Source: Azolla caroliniana (taxonomy: Eukaryota; Plantae; Polypodiophyta). From it: a stretch of DNA of 64,000 nucleotides. This document shows positions 51,601 to 64,000 of this stretch, piece after piece. Numbering within the stretch: the first letter of the stretch is position 1; the number at the start of each line of letters is the position of its first letter. The stretch lies in the NCBI GenBank assembly GCA_043228905.1, contig JBHGNT010000003.1:26164001-26228000 (forward strand), given 5' to 3'. The translations under genes and the position numbers were made by a program. The notes under the pieces are model-generated. The model saw only the letters and a list, made by a program, of their open reading frames with translations. It ran no database searches and was not told the DNA's origin.

Positions 51601-52829
51601 AACTTTGCCAAATACATTTAGACCTTGATTTCTATGGAACCAAGGTTTTTTGTATAATCTAGGCACAATCCATATCCACCTTTGGTTCTTGTTTTAAACC
51701 AATATAGACCTCACTAGTTGAAGAGGAAAAAAGTGAACAATAAAAGATATCCCAATCTTGAAGGTTGTCTTGTTCATTGAGAGTGGCACAAAGACACAAG
51801 GAGCCCTGGATTGACTTGGTTGATATGTTGATGGTGCATGCCAAACCATATATCCTTACGGCTTTTGGAAAACTCAATAGATCTCCACCAATGTTAGTGA
51901 CATCTTGAATGGTGCATATATCCTTTCTTTTGTGATAGGAAGAAGGGTTTTCTTGGGATATCTAGAGTGGTTGTAGAATATCGCGCTATAGTGTATGATC
52001 CCTATATGCATTGAGCTCCCTCCTTGAACATCACTGCCTTTCCATTGAAGTTGTTCCAAAATGTTCTTCCACTACAATAATAAACTAGTACTAGGCCTTA
52101 TATATTATACATTTTAAAGAGGAATACAATGCTCACCATTAAACTCAAATAAACTATAATTTAAATGACAAAAGGAATTCAATAATGAAGTGTGATTAGA
52201 TTGTTTGAAGTGCTTTACATAAACAAGTAGATGCTATTGCCAACTGTTTCCTTTTGAGTGTTCTTTGGAGACAGCTTCCATATGAATGAAGATGCCACAT
52301 GATACTATATGTCCCTCATCAAATGCTTAGGTAATAGTTACAAACGTTATGTTAATAAATTACAATACATTGAATAGGACTACATTAATTGATATGTCTT
52401 TTTTTATGTAAGAGTAACGAGAAAAACTTATAACAATGTTGAATTAGTTTTTGAGCATGTACATATACACAAAATCTTTAAAAATTCTTCACAATGTTTA
52501 ACTTGACCTTAAACCTCTTCAACTATAATAAATAGGACATACATGAAGCCATGAAATGCATCAGATAATTATAGAAACATATAAATAGGTGTGATTCGAA
52601 TATAACCAAGAGAGACACCTTCAACCCACAACTATGAAATATTCACACAACCCATATGGACACAGAAAACCTGCAAAATTCAAAACTTCAGTCTAATGGA
52701 AATTATATTGCCCTCAACTTTCACACTTGTTGATTCATGATCTTGAAGCAAATCACATTTAGCATCCAAATGCGCAGGAGATACAATGGATATACTATGA
52801 AGCTTTTCAAACTTTGATAATCTTTGAGC

Positions 52830-53450
52830 ATTGCATTATGTACAAAACTATGTCAAGTTCCATGCTTTGAATATAAAAAAATGGGACATGCTAAAGTACA
52901 ATGTAAAGGCATTGTGTTTACACATTACATAAGCATACACATCACATAAGCATTGCCTTTACACATCATAGTCATGTACATTGTGGCTTTGCCACCATAT
53001 AGTGTGCAACAATACAACAAATTTCATGCTTTGAATAAGCTGATTCATATTAGTGAAATATAATAGAATGACCCATATGCTAAATACCATGTAAAGGCAT
53101 CCATTACCTTTACACATCATAGACCAAACCACTTTGAAGTTTCACATGCAATATTGTGTGCAAAACTACTATGATTTTCATACTTTGAATAAGTTGATTC
53201 ATATACAATAAAACAATACATATGATAAAGCACATGTAAAAGCATTGCCTTTACACATCATAGAAGAAACTTCAATACCAAGACAAGCAAGCAAGCATGT
53301 ATGAATCAATAGCTATTCATAAAACTAAGAGGCTTTTCTCAAAAAATTGCACATCATTACCAAGGTAAGAAAATTTAAATGTGCAACTAGCGAGAAACTT
53401 ACCAAGGTAATGGCAACAAGAAAATTTAAATGTTTAACTAGCAAGAAACA
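52830..53450. repeat. Degenerate tandem repeats
   Basis: Recurring TTCATGCTTTGAATA...TGTAAAGGCATT...TTTACACATCATA blocks (about 3 copies) and a short TTACCAAGGTAA...AAGAAAATTTAAATGT duplication. Confidence 0.6.
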
Positions 53451-56400
53451 TTTTACCAACTCGTAAATATGAAGATAATTGGATCATTTTGCACTTTCAT
53501 GTTTTTGCAAATTTTGGCATTATAGATCACAATCTTTATTGCTATGAGAGCACACAATTTCGCGATTACCAAGAGCTACAAATTTAGATAGAATTTTCAA
53601 GTTTAATTCAATTAGTTGATTGTATATACTCGCAATGTCGATGGTTTAAAATAAGAAACATAGTCCTTCTGGATTCCACCCTAAGGTTAGATTAACCCAT
53701 CAGTTTAGGTGTCAAGTGGTGCTTATCACATTTTTACATACAAAAATTAGCACATTTTGCTCAGCTTGAATATGTTTTTTCACATCAAAAGACTTCATGA
53801 AATACAAACAAGGATTTCATCTATCCAGACACCATAAATGCTTGGGTCCATGTGTTAATTAGGCAAATTCCTTATATGTTGTTGCAGGCATGATATTTAA
53901 TACATTGTAGTGTCTTTGTCACATAAAATGGTCAATAAGAGAACGATATGTCCATTAGGTACATTAAACATTTCTGCAACAATCCCCATATGCATCCTTA
54001 CAGTGCCACCCACCATGAGTGAGAATGCACTGACAAATTGGAATAATGTGATAATAATGGCAGCGAATAATTATTCAACACATTTGGTACATACCAGGAA
54101 TGAACTGCTGATTATATTTGCACTCTCAAATTACTTCATAATTTCCACCCTTATCAACTATGAATCAAAACAATAACAAATTACTTCATAGGATAGCTAA
54201 TCAAATGAATGAGATTTAAAAATGATAACAGTAACAAAGAGTAACTGTTAACCCAGATTCAATACTTACCAAGACTCAACTGTTACATTTGCACACCGTA
54301 GTAATACTGCACTATATCATATATGAAAATAACCACATGGATGTTGTATACTAAATATACAGGAGCAAAGATTCTCTGTCACCACTTATGGAATTAGAAT
54401 TTTATGAAAAATGATTGTGTGCTTGAATATTGGTTTGGCTTCTACCGAAGGCTCTGGAAGAACACCGTGTTTATGAGGAGAACCTTGGGAAGGTTCAATA
54501 TACCAATCGTACAAAATGAAGTATATCAAGCACTTCATTATATATAGTACATTGAATCAGTTGAAAAATATATAGAACTACTAATTAAGAATATGGAAGC
54601 TAATACATCAATATGCATAAAGCTTCTGTAGATTTTGAGAAATGATGAAACCAACAAACCAACATTGAGACCCTTATAGATTGCTTTCCATGAAAGGGGA
54701 AACTATGAATTGTACATAAGCCTTCATTATCACTTTGCTTTGGGAAATGCAAGAAAAGGGGAACTTAAATTGGATTAGGAACTTGCAACTTTTTCTAGCC
54801 GGAAGCTGCTTTCTCCACTCTCAAACTAGAAAGTTCCAAAAATTTGAGAAATGTGAGAGGTGATTCTACTTTCTCCTTGTTAAAACCTGCTCTGTAACTT
54901 CCACAAGAGCCTGTCGGCATTTCCTCGCTCATTCCGATTCTACAGGTGGTAGTGAATGAATGGCTTGTGCTGCTTGGGAGGCATGCTCCAATGCCATCTG
55001 ACGTGTCTTCTCCATCCCATCTGTCTTCTCCAACAGTTCAATAGCCTACAAACAATTCAAACATAAGTTGTTTCCTAATGAATGTCACCTAGCAGCAACT
55101 ACCATGTAAATGAGATTAAGGTTTAGCTTCATACTCCAATAAGATAGCATGATGTATATGAATGTGGGGAAATGTATGTAAATATATGTATGTAACTAAA
55201 TCTATACTGGGAATTGCAGATCATATTGCCTCTATGAGAGATGATCTTTGAAATAAATGAATAAAATGACTTAAGAGATTAGCAGTTGCAACATCAAAAT
55301 TTGATATTATTTTCTGAATAGAAAACCTACAATCAGAATGAAACAATTTGACGGTTAAACTGAAGTTTTTTGTAGCCAGTGGTTGTGTCATATCAAACTG
55401 GGAAATATTTTAATGGTTCACAAGAAAATAATAAGACATTGAAGTCTCTCATTCAAAATATCTTACGAAATGGTGGTCAACACAAAGTATCTTTGAATAA
55501 TTATATAATATATTCCATTAAAAAGACAATTTTCCAAGGACATCGAAAAAGGAATTCAAAATCTAAGGAAACTTTAGAGTCTTACAAGCTCCACATCGCC
55601 AGGATTCTTGAACTTGCGACATATCAAATGAAGTAATTGTGGTTGCTGTTCTAATGCAAATAGCAAAGGAGCTGTAAAAATGCCCTGCGAAAGAAACAAA
55701 AAGGGAGAGTTCATTTTTAAGCATTCTTATTAAAATAAATTATATAATATATACTAGGATTTAGGGTTTAGTTTAGATATGCCGAGTATCTTCCTTTAAA
55801 AAACATCTCTATACCATATTTTACAATTAATATACCTGTCGAATATCAGACAAAGCTCCTTTACCCAGTGACGCAGTTGTTCCAGTGAAGTCAAGCATAT
55901 CGTCTGCTAGTTGAAATGCCATACCATGCAAAATAAAACAAATTTTCAAACCTGTATACAAAACAATAGTATTAACCAAATTAGCCAGCCAACTAGAGTT
56001 CACACACATCATTACCTTATCACATGAATACCAATTTTAATTCCTATAAAAACAAGACATATGGAGACAAAGTGCTGCATTGCATCTTGACTAAATGTAA
56101 ATAAGACTGAAATGAACAAAATGTTCTGTTAACATCAGTAAAAGGTCAAAATCACTGATAATAGTGATCAATGAGACCAAAATTTTTATCCACATAAACC
56201 AAGCAAAAATGAGCTACATAACCAAGTGTTCATAAGGGCACAACATAGGGACCATGGTTACAAATAATGTTATAGAATATCCTAAAAGAGGTGGAACATG
56301 AGTGGATCTCTCCATGAACACTCTCATAGGATTATGCTGGAGGACATCAATGTTCTCTGTGGTGAACCTATTGTGATTGATCTTGGCAATGATACAATGT

Positions 56401-57039
56401 GCCATCCAATGAAAGCTATGTTTTCATGTCATAAATTGCAAATGTTTGGGTGTCTGAAATGAACTGCTTTGTCAAGCAATCTCCCCTCTACAAGATGCTG
56501 GTCATGTTTCCTCTGAGATTCTTCACACGGCATTCAGAAGTATGACATCTGCCTTGTTACAGGTTCTTCTACCTATCTACTCTATGGGAAAGTGCCTAGG
56601 GCGATTCAGTGTTGTTTGAGGAATGCAGACAGGGTTGAGTGAATTGAATTCAAGGTGACTTGATGTTTTACATGCACACGCTATGAATCTTTACTACCTT
56701 CTCTGAAGTCCATGACCTGGGAGGATAGCATTGAACCTCACAGTAAACTGTGCAGTGGCATACTTAGTGTTCCTCAGACTCAGTTTGAACAGAAAAACTG
56801 TCATATTTTCTGATCAGGATGTTCACCTTATGCCTACCTAGTTGCGGACAAGTTGCAGATCTGTCCAGTGACACATCTCAATCCGTGAGAAATGTATATC
56901 CACTACCCAGAATGTAGTATAAATCCATCCTAAGGATATGGGGAAGATGGTCTTACTTGAAAGCCATCATCATGTCCGACTTCTGCATAGGTACAATCCA
57001 TATCCTCATCTCTAGCTAATTCAGGTTTTTCTCCTTTCT

Positions 57040-58290
57040 TCCTATTTATATACTGTTTCCTTGTTCACTAAAATGACTTCCAAACGACTTAAAGAACATA
57101 AGGAGATACATGACGAGATCTTTAGTAAGAAAGATTTCTTGGATGTTTCAAATTGTTTAGTTAATCGAGAGTGACATGAAAAAATGGGTAAACGAAGCGA
57201 AAATACACAAGAAAAACACGTACTCAAAGTAGAGATGGAAAAACTCAGACTAGAAAACATTGACCTCAAAAAATAATTTAGTAACTTAAGAGCTATTTAG
57301 GGAAGATGGCAAACTATCCTCTAGAAGATATTAAGGAAGAGATACAAAAAGTTAAAGACGTTAAAAATGACATGGAACTAGCTAAAACAAGATAGATGGA
57401 TGTAAATAGAACATTAAAAAAGAAATAAGAGAAGAAAATATTGCAAACACTACCCTTGAGGAAGATCAAGGAAGGTGCATCTCAAGAAAATATTGTAAAC
57501 ATTACCCTCGATCAAGCTCGATGCCTAAATGCACGTGTCATTGGACTCAAGGAAGGTGCATCTTCTGACAAAGACACGCAAACACTCGGGAAAATGTTAC
57601 CACTAAAACCTGGAGGGCCGAGTGTGACACCGCTAGAAAAAGAGCCTTAGTCCTCCAATTTAAAGACTTGTACGCCACGAGTCATGTAGGCTCGTAAGGA
57701 GGGGCATCATGCTTTTTATCGAGAGGGACGAGTGATAATAAATGATCGTACCATCAATTGACAATGCGCAACCCATGTAACAGAAGATAAAATCAGGATG
57801 AGCTTATGGAATTTTAACAATGCATTTTGGACACACCACAACCAGCTAAAGATCTTGATTTCAAAGCCCAAATAGCGTACTTCCACGAGTTGAAAGTTTT
57901 ATTGGGAACCAGTATTTAGACAAACCTCATTTGACAAACTACCAAAAGATCTAGAGGTGTTGCGATAAAAAAGGATAGAAATACTGCGAACAAACCCAGA
58001 AGCCTGTTTTATGTGGATCAAAGTCCCCATTACGAAGGACTTTATTATCAATCAATTATGTACAATGAATCACTTTCCCCCAAAAGGATACTGTTATAAT
58101 ATGGCAGGAGAGGGGAGATTAGTTGATCAAGGAGTGCCACATGGACCTTCCCCATACAAACCTTTATCGGTGACATAATCCGATACTCTTCTCAAGGGAA
58201 AGTTTTCCTTGTATGAGATTTCAATGCAAGAACCCAATCTTGACAATGCACAATCTTTTAGATGGATAAAAACCTAGAAATGGTGAGTGT
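57040..58290 (+). mobile_element. Highly decayed LINE-like fragment (coiled-coil ORF1-like plus APE endonuclease remnants)
   Basis: K/E-rich coiled-coil reading from about 57074; remnants RSRGVA and VFLV*DFNART (GDFNAR-like) near 58200-58235. Confidence 0.5.
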
Positions 58291-58299
58291 TGATTCATA

Positions 58300-59687
58300 T
58301 TATATGTTGACGACCTTCTAATTACAGGGTCCCTTGCATCTAAAATCGAGGAGGTCCGCGTTGACCTCAAAACAACCTTTGAAATGACTGATCTAGGGCT
58401 TCTCCATTATTTCATAGGTATGGAGGTCTATCAATCACATGGTGGTATCTTTCTCAGCCAACATAGGTATCTCAGGCAGCTCCTTGAGACCTATAGCATG
58501 TCAAATTGCAAGCCACTCTCTTGTCCAATGGATCCAAACTCAAAGCTATCTCGTGAAGACAATTCTCCCATATTTGAGGATATCACGAAATATAGAAGGT
58601 TAATTGGGTCCCTTCTTCACTTAACTTATACCAAGCCTGATTTGTCCTATAGCGTGAGTATTCTCAGCCAATTCTCAACTGCTCCAAGACAAAGTCATTG
58701 GCAAGCAATTATTTGAGTTCTTCGGTATTTGGCCAACACACTCGACTATGGTCTGTCTTTTAGAGGCGGCATTGAGCTTGTTGGCTACTTAGATGCTGAT
58801 TGGGCAGGTGATATTGATTCTAGGAGGTCCACATTTGGCTATTGTTTTATGTTAGGTTCAGGCTTGATTTCTTGGAAATCAAAGAAGCAAAACTCAGTTT
58901 CTACTTCATCGACGGAATCTGAATACCGCGCCTACTTGGATACTTGCTGTGAGTTGCTATGGTTAATGCAATTGCTTTCTCACATTCGTGTTTTGCAAGA
59001 CTCTCCTATTGCAGTTTTCACAGACAGCCAAAGTGCCCGTGCCTTGGCACATAGCTCAGCATTTCATGGTAGAACAAAACACATCAAAGTGCACTGCCAT
59101 TTTGTTCGTGAATTAGCAAAATCACAAGTCATCAACTTGGCATATTGCCCTACTCAAGAAAATGTGGCTGATTTATTTACTAAGCCGCTTCCAAGGCAGC
59201 CATGAGCGAGGCTGTTTTATAAAATGTCTTCACTAAATAATATTCCATGCTGCAATTCAATTGATGTTACTTTTATTATATGTTGGAGGGTGCCAGCTCC
59301 AGACCTGCACTCTCTTTCATCAATATTATCTCTCTTTTACATTCTCTCTCTTCCTAGATTCTTCTCTCTCTAGAATCTGCAACTCTTTAAATGCCCTCTC
59401 TCTCTAGAATCTACAACGCTTTAAATGCTTTCTCTTCCATCTTTTCCACAATATTCCTAGTTTATTGTACCTGTTTGGTAGTACAAGAGTCTCTTAACTA
59501 CCAAACAACCATTCCCAATTTTGTATAAATAGGCTATACCAGCCTCTTTTGTAACTAGATTATTTTCTGTTGCTACTTACAAAACAAGCTCTACTCTTTG
59601 CAACCATTTTTTCTACTCTCACAGCTTGGTTGTGTCTATTTTGTTTGAACAACTGTTCCGTTGCTGCTATTAGCAGCTTTTCTCACA
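58300..59687 (+). mobile_element. Ty1/copia 3' fragment (RT, RNase H, 3' LTR) inside the prenyltransferase pseudogene
   Basis: YVDDLLI, MTDLGLLHYFIG, YLDADWAGD, ISWKSKKQ, ADLFTKPL; LTR-like segment about 59281-59687 ending in CA, with TATA box TATAAATA. Confidence 0.9.
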
Positions 59688-62600
59688 TTATTGTCGTCAT
59701 CCTCAATGAAAAATCAAGACAGGGTAAGCGGATATCATAATTACAATGTGACCCAAAAAAACAAATATGTTGACATATAACTAGAAAATTGTTGATTAGG
59801 AGGCTAGCTGCCTATACATAAGCAAATGCAGACTACATCACCATAGTAAATAGTAATAATCATAACTTGTCATCCATTAAGAAATACTTACCTGCAAGCT
59901 TTTTCCTTATTTGAAGTTAACTGCATGATCTCTCCAGTTACCAGAAGCTCCACAACCTGAAAGGGCAGGGATAATTTAGACCACCTGCACTTATAGATAC
60001 AGCTAAAACTGATCAAATATTAGAATGCCAAAGACTATACAATTACTGAGTCATAATAATATGGCCTTGAACTATCATTGTTTACTAGAAATATTAATAT
60101 ATGGGATGTGTTTCAACCTCACTGCACCCATTGTCCTGTGGATGCACATCACTATGATGTCCATTGTTACAAGATCAAATATAAATTATTATACCCTATC
60201 TCACCTCTGTGTTCTTCAAAGATGCAAGTGAAACAGATGCTCTTGATAATAAAAAGTCTCCTGCTAGTACAGCAAGCTGCAATGAAAAACCAACAGATTT
60301 CAGTACTTTATACACCCTGAATTGCATTCACATCCAATGAACACTTAGCTACATAGGGAATTCCAAATGGTTCTTGGTTGATCTCTCACTTTGTTTCCCA
60401 TCACAAAATTGAGTGACCCGATGCCCCTCCTTGTCTCTGCACTGTCCAATACATCATCATGAAGAAGACTTGCAACCTGCCACGGCTATGTTAATGTTGA
60501 ACTTTTCATATAAAAACAGAAGGAAAATAGAATTGTTCATGGAGAGAATTCCTCACATGAATCATCTCTGTTATCTCAGCAATCCTCTGCTGCCTTAATT
60601 GTTGCTCTTGTAACGTAGATTCTGATATGCCAATGTCCGGCAGCACTATAGTCATTGATGATGCCATTAGCAGCAAAATCTGAAAGAAATATAAGAGCTT
60701 AGAATATGGCTCAACACGCTCATATTGTAATAATCATGTAATATGGGGAAGCCCAAACCCAAACAAACATTGGGGCCCTGAATTACAATGAAATCCACTA
60801 GTTCAAAAATGGTCAATGAAATATGGATCACTGAATTCTCGAAGAACATTATAATGTTCCTATAACCAGTTTTTCACATTCAGCAGCATTTTAAGAAATT
60901 TCACATACAAAGTGACATATGCATAGCATGGGTCCCCCCAGACAAACACTAGCCTACAATAAATATCAGTTGGAAACTACATCTAATACTATTTGACAAG
61001 CACATTGCAAATAGATGAAGAATGTAAAAGTGATAGAGGATAAATCTTGGATTCATAAACTCCCCTCCCTTTCTCTCTTCCTTAGAAAGACCAAAGAGAT
61101 GTTCAGTAACTTCATGCCAGATCAAGTTCCCATTTCTTCCAGCTTCCAAACTTGTAGCTCTGGTAGCAAATGAAGCTCAAAGGATCTAGAGTGTAAGAAA
61201 ATGGATTGAGATAGAATTTTTTTGTAACTGAAGCTCTCCCTCATTCCATTAGAACTGGATAAGATACACCACAGAGAAGAACTGGCTACTAGCAATAATG
61301 TGAAATGTCAGTTGTCAAGTCAATCATTCCTTCATACTCAAATGAAGCAAAATGTCTGCACTGATTAACATATAGAAAAACCTTACCTGGCAGATGAAAA
61401 TGTGGTATTTTTCTGAAGAGGAATGTAAACAATAAAATTATAATCTAAAGCCATAGAAAATAACATTCATTAGCAGAAGAGCTTATAATTTCAAGTAACT
61501 AAACAGTGATGTACTGTCTTTCATATGCAATGCCCCATGAATGCACCTAAGTATGTACATATTCATGAATATTCCATTAGACTTTACATGTTTTCAAAAC
61601 AAGAAGTTATCAACTACCATAGGTCGAAGGCGCTTTCCTTCAACTCCAATCTTGAAAAAATATTCTGCTGCAGAAGCTAACTTGGGAAACTGTTTGAAAA
61701 GTAATGCACATTTATTTCCATACACTGATCAACAACTTATGCATTATCCATATATTGTAAATCCTATGCCTATTTTCATAGCAGATTAAATTGTCTATCA
61801 TTACTCCTATACGCTTTATGGCATTAAACAGATACACCTTAGTTGAGACCATCACGCGAAGTCTATTTGCAATGGAGGAAAGTTCATCTGCAACAAGAGA
61901 AAATGGGTCGACCTTTCCCTGCATATAATATAAAAAATAATACAATGAAGTATACAAAAATATGCACATTATCCCATAACAATTGGTTTATAAACAAGCT
62001 TACCTCAGTGTCACTCGCAAGATGCAAGCTAGCATGATGGAACATGGCGCAAGAACCCAACCGACGATGTTGTCCATGTCCCATAACCTAGCCAATTTCA
62101 AGAAGAATATTTGAGAGCATCACTCAAAAAAATGATAACTGCTGTACATACTCCAGAATTGAGGTTTAGGAATCCAACTCTCTGATTAATGAGCATCGAT
62201 ATATCTCCCTAAGGAAGAGATCTCCATACTCGTTTACCCTCCTTCATTTGTATTTGGTTTCGTCATTTTCAATTTGTCACGTGATTAGCATAGTAACATT
62301 AGTGGAGTACAGGTCACAACCCGCATAAAGCTTCGAGAGGATTTATCCTCTGCTGCTGCTGATCTCTTAGCCACTATTAATGACAGAGATAGAGCAGAGA
62401 GATAAAGCTAGAAACTCTAAGAAGGCATGCGTAGAACTTTGCTATTGTAATAAAACTATTTCTGACAGACTTATTTAGCGTATTTATCTTAATACAACGT
62501 TTGATCTATTAGAATTTATGGTTAAGAAGTGATTAAAAACATTTGCTTTAAGAGATCTTGCAGAATTTCATGGAACAATATTTGCTGCAAGCACTTACAA

Positions 62601-63089
62601 CTTGCTTGCTGAGACCACTGTATCCTTGGCGACTGTGTTGTGAGCAAAAGATGTTGTGTGCGAGTGATGCTGAAGGCTCTGCAATTTTCATATGTACTAT
62701 TCCTGCTTTTCTTTCAACCAGATCTGAAACATGGCTTCCTACAGAAATTCAACGTGTTACAGGACAAAAAACCATAGATACTTTAATTCTAGAAAACAAG
62801 CCCCCTCTTAAATATATCGTTATACATGAAAGAATTATTTTATATGGAGCAGCAGAGAAATACAAAATATTTACTATTGTGTACTTCATCTTCATCGACC
62901 ACTTTCATGGAGAAGAAGGTTAAGTTTCCCTCAGCATGAACTATTACCCGCCTACGGTGCACATCAAATTATGTTTAGTGCCAGATGATGCTTCAGGGCA
63001 AGATCCTTCAACTAATCTCGGGGAATTAGAGAAAACCATGCAATTTGTTTGGGTATATAAGCATACCATTTTAAAGAATGAGTAAAGAA

Positions 63090-64000
63090 TGTGAGAAAAG
63101 CTGTTAATAGCAGCAGCGGAAGAGTTAGAACAAAATAAACACAGCCAAGCTGTGAGAAGGCTGTCAGACAGCAGTAGAAAAAATGGTTGCAAAGAGTAGA
63201 GACACAGCCAAAGAGTTGTGCTTGTTTCTAAGTAGCAGCAGAAAATAATCTTCTTACAAAAGAGGCTGGTATAGCCTATTTATACAAAATTGGGAATGGT
63301 TGTTTGGTAGTTAAGAGACTCTTGTACTACCAAACAGGTACAATAAACTAGGAATAAAAAAAGGGAATATCTTGGAAAAAGTGGAAGAGACAAAAGGCAT
63401 TTAAAGCATTGCAGATTCTAGAGAGGGAAGGCATTTAAAGAGTTGCAGATTCTAGAGAGAAAAGAATCTAGGAAGAGAGAGAATGTAAAAGAGAGATAAT
63501 ATTGATGAAAGAGAGTGCAGGTCTGGAGCTGGCACCCTCCAACATATAATAAAAGTAACATCAATTGAATTGCAGCATGGAATATTATTTAGTGAAGACA
63601 TTTTATAAAACAGCCTCGCTCATGGCTGCCTTGGAAGCGGCTTAGTAAATAAATCAGCCACATTTTCTTGAGTAGGGCAATATGCCAAGTTGATGACTTG
63701 TGATTTTGCTAATTCACGAACAAAATGGCAGTGCACTTTGATGTGTTTTGTTCTACCATGAAATGCTGAGCTATGTGCCAAGGCACGGGCACTTTGGCTG
63801 TCTGTGAAAACTGCAATAGGAGAGTCTTGCAAAACACGAATGTGAGAAAGCAATTGCATTAACCATAGCAACTCACAGCAAGTATCCAAGTAGGCGCGGT
63901 ATTCAGATTCCGTCGATGAAGTAGAAACTGAGTTTTGCTTCTTTGATTTCCAAGAAATCAAGCCTGAACCTAACATAAAACAATAGCCAAATGTGGACCT
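63090..64000 (-). mobile_element. Second copy of the same copia 3' fragment, inverted, running off the window
   Basis: Reverse complement of 58825-59687; the RNase H ORF 63620-63976 is identical in protein sequence to the left copy. Confidence 0.92.

Larger units (their letters stand above)
54866..62732 (-). pseudogene. GPS1: Trans-prenyl diphosphate synthase (geranyl/polyprenyl diphosphate synthase, GPS1/PPPS-like) pseudogene
   Basis: Exons ~62732-62599, 62087-62004, 61918-61838, 61689-61618, 60679-60557, 60476-60390, 60276-60205, 59956-59892, 55925-55836, 55684-55586, 55045-54866. Motifs GKRLRP, EMIHVASLLHDDVLD (FARM), AVLAGDFLLS, AFQLADDMLD (SARM). Lesions: first ATG out of frame, short exon 8, KTASL exon not found, acceptor CAT instead of CAG at 55926, in-frame TGA at 54931-54929. 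Confidence 0.88.

Noticed and set aside
49300-52100. Scattered short ORFs, possibly decayed TE coding sequence
   Set aside because: No motif could be supported without a database search.
54929-54931. Stop codon rescued by U-to-C editing or readthrough
   Set aside because: Such editing is organellar; this is a nuclear intron-containing gene with other independent lesions.

Overview
Land-plant nuclear DNA. The gene set, spliceosomal introns and TE types fit a seed-free plant such as a fern, but that is inference only. 1-24 kb is a nested retroelement block: a decayed LINE carries an intact, very young Ty1/copia element (2983-8432, minus strand) and a deleted copia element (9066-11882). A full-length but decayed non-chromovirus Ty3/gypsy element (13835-23622) with a large extra 3' ORF is inserted in an older LTR element. 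29-41 kb holds two intact convergent genes, a type I vacuolar H+-pyrophosphatase (8 exons, +) and a class II trehalose-6-phosphate synthase/phosphatase (-), bracketed by two inverted solo LTRs of one family. 54.9-62.7 kb is a multiply disabled trans-prenyl diphosphate synthase (GPS1/PPPS-like) pseudogene whose 5' half lies between two inward-facing copies of a copia 3' fragment. The most unusual observation is that the gypsy element has no polypurine tract. In its place, directly before the 3' LTR, is a tRNA-3'-half-like sequence ending in CCA that is complementary to the element's own primer-binding site.
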